From the NCBI GenBank assembly GCA_012295275.1, contig CM022671.1, forward strand, positions 22,630,001 to 22,694,000: a DNA stretch of 64,000 nt, read 5' to 3'. Numbering within the stretch: position 1 is the first letter of the stretch; each line of letters begins with the position of its first letter. This document shows, piece after piece, positions 35,171-64,000 of this stretch. Origin of the DNA: Chrysomallon squamiferum (Eukaryota > Animalia > Mollusca). A program made the position numbers and the translations under genes. The notes under the pieces are model-generated. The model was given only the letters and a program-made list of their open reading frames with translations. It was not told the DNA's origin and searched no databases.

Positions 35171-37553
35171 TGAAAAATAACAGTTTAAACTATGAGGTGC
35201 GTGAGTTAGTTAAAACATGGCTAACATAGTTATCATTTTTTCTTCAATGTACACTTAAGATTAAATTTATTTGGAAGAAAGAAAACAAAACTATTTGCAC
35301 AATGATAACATAAAGTAAAAAAAAAAACAATAACACATTTTTCCAAATATGATGAATTGGTAATATAATTTAAACTGAATTTTTTTTTTTTTTTTATTTT
35401 TTAATGGTTATTCTTCTGTAAAATGTTGCATATTTAAACTGGTCTTTACATAAATAGTTATTATGTATGCCATTTTTCTACTTCATTTTTTTAAATCTAA
35501 AAGTCGATCTTGATTTTTTTTTTTCATTTCTTTTGTTTTCTTCACTCTCCACAACAAACATTGGCTTTTCTCCTATTTTACATTCATCATTCATGTCTTT
35601 AGTCTAGTGAATCATCAGTAGTATGAAATACTACTTATCAGGTCACAATTTTTTTTTCATTTTACATTAAAAACAATTATGTACAAATTTAAATACAAAA
35701 GCTGTACTGATTCTCAACCATTAACTGATTTTTAATTTTATTTCCATTTTTTGTTCATTTTTTTTTTTTTTTTTTTTTTTTTTTAATGCATTAAATATCA
35801 ATTATACTTATCAAAGGCATGCCATGCAGAAATGTGCACACTACTGCTAATATTTCAACTTAGAAGATTACATCACAATAAACATCCATCAGATGTTTGA
35901 AATCTTGTAGCAATAATTAGTATATTTTTTTTAATTTTTATAATGGTTTGAATTGGATTAAGAAATTTAATTTTGCATTTGTTCTATTTTTAAGTAATCA
36001 GAAACAGAGAGCTTTTAGCGAAAAGGCCAATATATACTTAGTAACTTAGGTACTGCCAGTAATTTATGTTTTCTATTGATTGTAGTTAACAAAATAAAGC
36101 ATATAATAAAGAAATATTTTCTTTCTCCTTTATTTTACCACAGTGCTCTTAATATGAGATTATGGAATTTGAGCAGAAGACTTGTAGGTGAATTTCCAGG
36201 TTGAGAAAAGAAACATTAGATTTTCTTTTATGTCTGTTATCTCTGAAGTGCTGAAATTATACAAATAATGATTATTTCAGTTTCTAATTATTGTTGATGA
36301 TTTTTTTTTTTTTTATCTTTTTAAAATAAAGAATGAAAAAACAAATGTTTTGTGTTTGATATCTATTATTAATTTTGCTTTTACATAACAACTAAACTAC
36401 TTTAAGCTACTTTTCATCCTTTTATTTATTACAATTTATTTTGTTTTAATATACATTAATTATTATTTTTATTATTATTTATTGTTCATTTAAAATTACA
36501 AGGGAAAATGTTTTATCTCATTGTTCATGTAAAAACTAGTAAATTGTTTTAGTATCGTCTTCAAAAATAGCATTTGAAATACTTAAAGATATGTACAGAG
36601 ACAGTTATGCACTAGCAAAAGACCAATAGGTCTAAGTTTAAGGAAGTAAAACCCAACATGGTGGACATTTGTCACTTTTTTGGCAGTATTCTTCTGAGAG
36701 CTGACAATAACAGTGATTTCTCTTTGACTAATAGTCTACCTTTTGCTGGATAAACAATGTGGAATATTTTTTATTATCTGTCTATCTATATATGTATCTA
36801 TCTATCTATATTTATATATGTATTATTTTTTTTTATCCAATAAATAAATTGATATTTTATTTTAAGTGTCAGAAATTTACTAAATAAATTATGATCTTTG
36901 TTATCTTAAAAATTACTATTATAAATATAAATATTGCATAATTATATATCATTATTTAATGGAATAGACAATTTGTAATTAATTTGAAAATCAGTCACTG
37001 GTAAATTTATTACTTTTAGATGCAGATTTCATCGGTTAATTGTACATGTCACAACATCAGTTACACTAAGCTGCATCAAGTCATGTTTAAAAATAATTTA
37101 TGAAAGTCTGTTCTAACTGAATTTTTTATTTCAGTCTTGTATGGTAAATTGTAACTGATCTGTAGAAGTTAATCAAGTTTATAAATGCAGATGTTTTATT
37201 TTATTCACAAAAAAATATTTTTTCCTGTGGACTGCATTAACATAGATTACTGGAAATGTGTCTGCATTCAAGCAGTCTAATGATTTAATACATTACATTA
37301 CTATCACCACTGACATGGTGGCACTTAGATCATTTCTAGCTACAAGTCTGATAAAATGTGTTCAGAATATTTCCTGCCTGTCAAACTGTTATCTTCTGAA
37401 TGATAAAAAAATATTAAAAAGTTTTATTTTCACCTGTTATTTCTGACAAAGGAAATTGTAAATAAAAAAAAAGATAAGAATAAATCATATTTAACTGATA
37501 CATAACAGTTCTGACATTTCATTTGAACAAGGCTTTTATTAGCAAAACAAGTC

Positions 37554-38361
37554 ATGTTCTGTTTGTTATTTTTGTATTTGTTCACTTTCATAACTCACTC
37601 AGTTTCTCAGCCTAAAGATTATGTCACCAAAGAGGAACTAGCAGTTCTACAAAACAGCATTCGGTTACTGGAAAGTAAAGTTCAGTCACTGGAAGTGCAG
37701 TTGAAAGCAAAACAAGGTAGTTACAAGTTGGTTATAATGATCAGATTAATAATAAATATAACTTTAATATATGACTGTATGTGCAAACTGGTTTTAATGA
37801 TCAAAATTAATAACAATCGTAACAGTAATATATGATTACATGTGCATAAAATTTTAAACGATATACATACATATATAAAAAAAAAAAAAATTATTTTCTA
37901 AATGAAACACATTTTATTTTGTAGATCGAACCCCACTGTTCAGTTTCAGGGCTGGATTCAGCTCTGATCCTGTTCCAGTGAAGTACAGCAATGGGCAGGA
38001 TGTTGTTTTTGATAGAGTCTATTACAACGATGGTAATGCATACATAGCACACTCTGGGAAGTTTCTCACTCAAGTCTCGGGACTCTACATGTTTAGTCTG
38101 CACGTTTTGCCAGCATCCGCAGAAATGGAATTTGAGATATTTAAAGCAGGCAGAGCTGTAGCCTCTGTGGTAGCTACAAGTTCAGGAGGAACAGAGAGCA
38201 TGCAGACGATAATGCATGTGACAAGGGGTGAAGAGGTCTGGGTGGTGAAACACTGGGGAGGCGACACTCTCCGTGGCTCGCTGTGGACATCGTTTAGTGG
38301 ATTTCTTCTGAGAAGTGACGAAGACAGTCCTCTGAATGGTGGCTCTGGTGTAGTAGGATGA
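37554..38361 (+). CDS. Secreted globular C1q-domain protein, 199 aa, 2 exons
   Basis: Exon 37554-37716 gives a signal peptide and short coiled coil. Exon 37925-38361 gives FSFRAG...VVFDRVYYNDGNAY...SGKF...SGLYMFS...GEEVWV...TSFSGFLL, a gC1q fold with no collagen repeat. Confidence 0.9.
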
Positions 38362-41300
38362 ACAGAGAGAGCAAACTCATCTCTTTTCTTGTTTCAGTCA
38401 TGTTTTAAAATATATTAGACTTTAAAAAAAAAAAGAAAAGAAGAGAATATAACTTGATTTTTGTCCCGTTTTCATTGTCAATTTTCAGATCAAAAAATAA
38501 TTTATGGGGATAAATTATTTAAATCCTGTTGCTCTTGTGTCATGTTTTAAGTCATAATGTTATCACGTTATTGTTTTTACACTAGAATATGCCTTGGAGC
38601 AAATCATTCTGCATTGATGTCATGACATGGTGGCACCCAGGTATTTTTAAACTGTACTCTTTTGTTGGTTATAACTTATTATAAAATTGGATAGTCAAAA
38701 ATAATAAATAAATAAATAAATAAATAACAATAAACTAAAACTTAAAAGTATGCTGAACGTATTTAGATCATTTATGCATCTCTCAACAGATTTATGTTTT
38801 CAGGTTTACCTGCATGAAGCTTGTCAGTGGGTATCACTTGTTACCACTTAGCAGTCAAATTATAAAACAAAACACAAACATCACAGTTGACAGTGGTTTA
38901 ATTCAACATCACTTTGATGCACTTTCACAACTGATAACAATGTTATGACCATATGGCAAATATAATTATGCATCAAGAAACATGGAAGATGTCATATTGT
39001 AGCAATGTGTAGTATAACAATGAACAGTTAAATTGCTGCTGTCAATGCAAGCTTTGTCATACCTAAAATGAATTCATCTAAGTCTCCAAGAGAAAGCATT
39101 TAATTTTGAGGTATTAAAATACGGGCCTATGAAATAAAAATAAAAAAACATTACTAAAACACATCCCTGTGATTTTGATGTTTTAATGAATGTATATTAG
39201 TGACCAAATTTCACATTTAATCATTAATTATTTGTTATTACTCGGTACAGTATGTCTAAGAAATTTCTTTTAACAGTATCAATATGCAATTTTATGTAAT
39301 TATTTTGATATTTTTGGATTTGCTAAAATTATCAAATAACTAACAGATTATGATTTTATTTTCTTTCTGTCAAATAATATCCATCCTAATTTGTATATTT
39401 ATAAATGCATGCAAAATATCAGAAAAATGCTATTATAATATGTTAAAACCTATTACTAGCACTACATATGTAACTTAAATTAAAAAAAGAAGACAAATCC
39501 TTCATGTCTGTTAAAAAAAAAAAAAAAAAAAAAAGTTCCTACCATGCACTCGAACAGTCTAAATAAACTGCAATTGTTTATACAGAATACATTTTTCAAG
39601 CGTATTCTACTTTGTGTTTTGTGTTAAGCTAAATTACTACAGTATAATTTCCATACATTCTGATGCTATCAGGTCTTCTTCAGTGATGTCACAGCTCACT
39701 TGGTTTTCCAACAAAATATCGACTGTTTGGTATGACAACACCAATACTGAAAGCAGCAGAGTAACAGAATGTGAACAACACTATGTACAAACAAACTTAC
39801 AGTTAACACTGCAAGGAACGGGTGAAAACGACAAACTCCTCTTGAGCACAAATGTACGTAGTCGTGACGCACGATAATGATGAGAGGACAACAATATCAT
39901 TTATAAAACCATAATAAAACAACAAACGTTTGCAAAACAAAACTTTCGTAAAACTGTCACAAAATGAGATCTACTTTCAGGAAAATCTAACCACCTTCCA
40001 GCTTTGGTAATAATAATCTACTAATCAACAGACCTTCAGTTATACCTAGAAGTGCTGGACAGAAAACATTTATAGACAATAATAATGTTGTTTTTTTTTT
40101 GTTTTTTTTTTTTTTTTTTTTAATATTTGTGACTAGAGTAACATTACCTCCATTACATTTATACTGAATATAAAAGTTTACATGCAAACATAATTATTAC
40201 AACATTTAATTAACAGAGTTCTTTGGATTTTAATTACTTAATAACTCACATAATCATTACAAATTTTCTTTTTTTTTTTATTTCTCATGAAAACACTATA
40301 TAGAATTATATTCTTTTAATCAAAATTTTCTTAACCCAAAGCTGGGGCATTTTGTGAAATCACTTATAAATTTTCATCAAACAAGGAATTATTACTATTA
40401 TTTTTTTTTTTGTTAATCAAAGGCAGTTCAGGACTATTCTAAATTTAATTATAAAAAAAGCATTTTGTCACAAACTATAAAAAATATCTTGGCTAACAGT
40501 GCTAGTGTATTTCTGATTAGATAGTATATCAACACAATCAAATCTAATATATATAAAGTTCCAAAAAAAAAAAAAAAAAAAAAAAATATATATCAACAAG
40601 TATGTTTTCTAATTATAAAGGCAAGATATGTTCAACAGGTATATCTGTTCTCAACAGCCTGACCACTCTAAGCCAATCCTGTTTCCTCGCTCCAAGCATA
40701 ATTATGCATCTTGATGTCAGTTACATATACATTTTTTCATTCTACAACAAGTATCCCATTAAAAATATAAAATCTAATAAGAAAATTTTCATCGTGGCAG
40801 TGGTATAATCTTCAGATAAAAAATAAAAATATTTTTTTTACATTTTATGTCATTTATTATACTCTTTAATAAAATCTAAATTCGAAGGCTAATAAATTCT
40901 GTGTGGTTTTAGCATTATTATTATTATTATTATTAGATTAACAGTGTTGAAAGACGAAGGGTGTAAACACAAAATAAACTTTGTAAATGTTCAACTGTAA
41001 CTATAAAGTAATTTAATCTGAACATGGTAATTACGTTTAAACTGAAAAGTTTAATTCAAGCCCTAATGAGTACATTTGTAGCTGAGTGTTGTAATTCTTA
41101 ATTTAATTCATTTTTCTCTTTGATCACTAGTTAACAGGAATGTTACACTGAACACTTAATACATTATACTGTGGCTAAATTAAAATGTAGATAAATAAAT
41201 ATATGCTTTAAAAAAAAATAAAAAAAATAAAAAAGTTACAGATATTTGAATATTAATGAACAAAACAGAATTGGTCCAAGTTATACTAGATTTGTTTACA

Positions 41301-42413
41301 ATCTTGTACATACAATGAAAACATCTAAAAAAAAAAGCATGCCACTAAATCACAAAGGATTAAAAAAATGTTTTAAAAAAATTAAAAAAACAAAATAAAA
41401 GGGAGTAACTCCAATACATTAAATATTTAATTTTATAGATACATATAAAATAGCAATAACAAAATTGTTTAATTCAATTAAATATAATATGAATTCAACA
41501 ATTCTGCTATAATCTCAAGCCAGAGAAACCATTTAAAATAAACATTAAAACATTTTTTTTTGTATCTTTTAAGATAAAATATTATAAAATTGCACACGAG
41601 AAAAGGAACATATTTCAGATAATAATACACTGGTTCACAATATATATTTTAATGTTTTACAAATATGAATGTGAGTTACAAGTCTGTAGTCAAAGCACCA
41701 AACAAACAACATATTTAAATATATAATCCCCTGAAAAAAAAAACCCGAAACCACAACACCCAAAATTATTTTATTAACACTATCTTTTTAAAGTTTAGAC
41801 ACACAAAGAATATTTTTTTAATAATGTTCTAGGTCTGTTTTGCTTATAAATTGTTCTTGTGAATATGTAACCTATAACTTGAAAATGTTCAATGAAACAA
41901 AATGGACATATAATGGAGAAAACAGGTTTAACTGATTTGCAATTGGGCAAATCTTTTACTGAAATATCACGTCCATTTTTTTTTTTTTTGATGAAGATAG
42001 TTAAATTTGTTTTCATCATTTATTTTTTCAAGTTCCATATAAAAAAGACTGATGTGTTTCAAACAGTATATAATTCCAAACGAAAAATATTTGAAAATGA
42101 AAAGTATTTTGTTAAAAACAATGAAGTTAAAGTTCTGAACTTTTAAACACAAAGTGATTACAAGTTTTCTTTAAAATTCACATAAATGGATTTTAACTTG
42201 TGACAAAGTAAAACATGATGGACACCTCCATTAAAAAAGATAATATTAATTACATTATGATAAAATGGGTCCACTCCAAACCAAATACTTAAAGTGAACA
42301 GAATGTTTATACATTCAGTTATTTATGGTCTGCAGATAACAATGTACTATGTACAGCACAGTAAAAATATCACACTACACAGGTGAAAAACTCGTGTTTT
42401 AATATTAAAAGAT

Positions 42414-42458
<45 letters not shown>

Positions 42459-42942
42459 ATAAAGTTAAAAAGAAAACAACATCAAAACAGTCAAAAAAAA
42501 AAAAAAAAAAAAAAAAATAAAGAAAGAAGAAAATTATACTTATATATATTTAAAAAATAAAATGCAAAAACTAATTCAACCTCTGGTAGTTTTCTTTAAA
42601 CAATATAATTAATGTTCACAACAAGACAACTTAACTGATTTCAGTAACAAACATTATCTTGGTTATAATAAAAACACCGAAGACTAGAGAGATATGTAAG
42701 AATGTTTCCACAAGAAACACAACCTTGGAATTTACAACCTATCATCCAGTGTTGTAGCTAAAAAAAAAAAAAAAACAACAACAAAAAACCCCCCAAAAGA
42801 CAAAAAGGGGCAGAGAACTCCCTCACCCTCAGTTTTAAAACAAAATTACAAAAGTGTTAATTTATTTTTTAAAAAACAATGGCAGAAATTAAATCTATCT
42901 TAAACATATTTTGTGAATTAACACATTAATTTAGTTTAAAAA

Positions 42943-42983
<41 letters not shown>

Positions 42984-43195
42984 CATCATCAACATCAATA
43001 AAAATTCATTAAAAAAAAAAAACATTCTTCAAACATTTGGCTTTATTACTAAAAAACGCTTTTAATGAAAGTTATGTATTTACACAATTAAAAAAAACTT
43101 TCACCCTCATTATAAACTGAATACCTGTAAATTCAGTAACCAAAGCTATCAAAAAAAAAAAAAAAAAAAATCCTACCAAACAAAAATGGGTTTAC

Positions 43196-43227
<32 letters not shown>

Positions 43228-43727
43228 ACATAAATGAAACATCTGAAATTATACCTCTGATACATTTGGTTGTAAAAAATTAATTTGATCAACAATGGTA
43301 ATGGTAGCAAAATGATTTTAATTTTGATTTATTATTTACTTTTTTTTTTTCTTCTTTTTTTAAATCTAAAACTGTGGTTATACACATTAATATCCACATC
43401 AAAGTCTGAACATTGGGCGATTTCAACATGATTTTATGTCACATGATCAGTTCGTCTATCAGCACTCTTCTGACATTAAAAAAAAGTTTTGGAGTTTTTT
43501 TTTTATCAAACAAATACAGTTTCACAATATACAAAACTTAATCAACAATGACGATAACAATAAGTAACACTTTGATAACTGTACATTATTTCTTTTTCAT
43601 ATGTAACAAATTATGTTATTTTGTTTTTCTCCTTTTTTCTTTTCTTTTCTTTTTTTGAAGGTGATATAAAAAGGGCCTGCCTTTCCGAAACTAATTTACC
43701 AGAAATGAAGAAACAACAAGCTAAAAA

Positions 43728-43758
<31 letters not shown>

Positions 43759-43843
43759 GAATCCGTTCGTCTGTAATTCTTCACCAGATGTGTTAAAAAA
43801 GGCAATAATAAAAAATATCTGTAACTCGCTCTCTGTCTTATAG

Positions 43844-62942
<19,099 letters not shown>

Positions 62943-64000
62943 CTAGAAATGAGGAACAGATGGTTAACAGAAGCAAAGAAAAAGGCAAGAATTGCTATAT
63001 ATTCGACTAATTACAAGTTTGTTAGAGAAGTAATAGTTTTTTTTCTACTGATTTAATTTAAAAAATAAAATAAAAAATAAAATAAAAAATAAAAAAAAAA
63101 ATACCCTCTGCATTCCACAAAGAAATGTTTAACTGTAAAGCTAAGTCTACCTGAGTTATTGCTTCGTATTATACTTTAATTCATCGACTGTAATAATAGT
63201 TTAAGGAAAACCTGTTTGTAATATCAGATAACATTTTTTGTAAATTTATTTTTATTTTTAAAAAAAAATTCCTTCATGAAAATAATTTTGCAATAGGTTT
63301 GAATAAAGGTTTAATAGGTTATTGAATATATTATTATTCAAATGACAGAAAGAAATATTTATTTAAATTGTTACATATTAATTTTGAATCATTTGCATTA
63401 ACATGTGATTTTAGTATAACTATACTGTCTAAATGAAAAAACTGTTAAGATAATACTTTATTATTTATTTACTAATGATTTTAAAGTCCTCATGGGCAAA
63501 GTGCAGGTTTTTTGTAAGAACAACATACAAATTAAAAACATAATACCCATTTTAATTATCTTTTTTTCCTGCATACTTCAATATATCTGATTATAATTAT
63601 ATACAAGCTATTGTTTATAATTACATATAAGCAGTGGTTTATAATTACATACATGCAATTTTTTATTAAAGAAAAAAAAAAGAAAAAAAGAATTTGATGA
63701 TTTTTCACAATGGACTGTATCTCTATTTTGAAATCTTCACTTTCAAAATTCTGAAAATAAAACTGTCGACAGGTTTTCCTGTACACTTTATAAACTAATT
63801 AGTTTGTTACTTCTCTAAATAATATTAATACTATTATATCAGAAAGCAGAGCTAAAATTTATTATATGAATAAAATATGTAACAACATCTATAATTTAAT
63901 TTTATTATAAATACAAACCTTTTTTTCCAGTGAGTGCAAGTAAAAGAATATATAAATTTGTCACCCCCAAAATATAATTATTATTAATATCAATTTGATT

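Overview
AT-rich, microsatellite-laden animal genomic DNA. A mollusc or other lophotrochozoan is my guess, from composition and a secreted globular C1q gene. Protein-coding genes, left to right: the 3' part of a BCL7-family gene (+), a PIMREG/FAM64A-like cell-cycle gene with a CDE/CHR promoter (-), an 11-exon phospholipase B-like 2 gene (-) head-to-head with a sesquipedalian/PHETA PH-domain gene whose CDS is uninterrupted (+), a C1q-domain gene (+), and 26 C-terminal exons of neurofibromin NF1 (-). Between 19.6 and 26.6 kb is a tRNA-Val cluster: five intact genes with AAC, TAC or CAC anticodons on one nearly identical body, one decayed copy and two split copies. The most striking feature is that both split copies are interrupted at apparently the same point, just 5' of the AAC anticodon. 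One carries a 5'-truncated Tx1/L1-like LINE. The other carries a poly(A)-tailed processed KIAA1143 retrocopy with a 13-bp target-site duplication and a nested MITE. This suggests a tRNA-Val-targeting retrotransposon that also delivers host mRNAs to its target site. All gene identities come from recalled family motifs and manual reading of splice sites; no database search was run.
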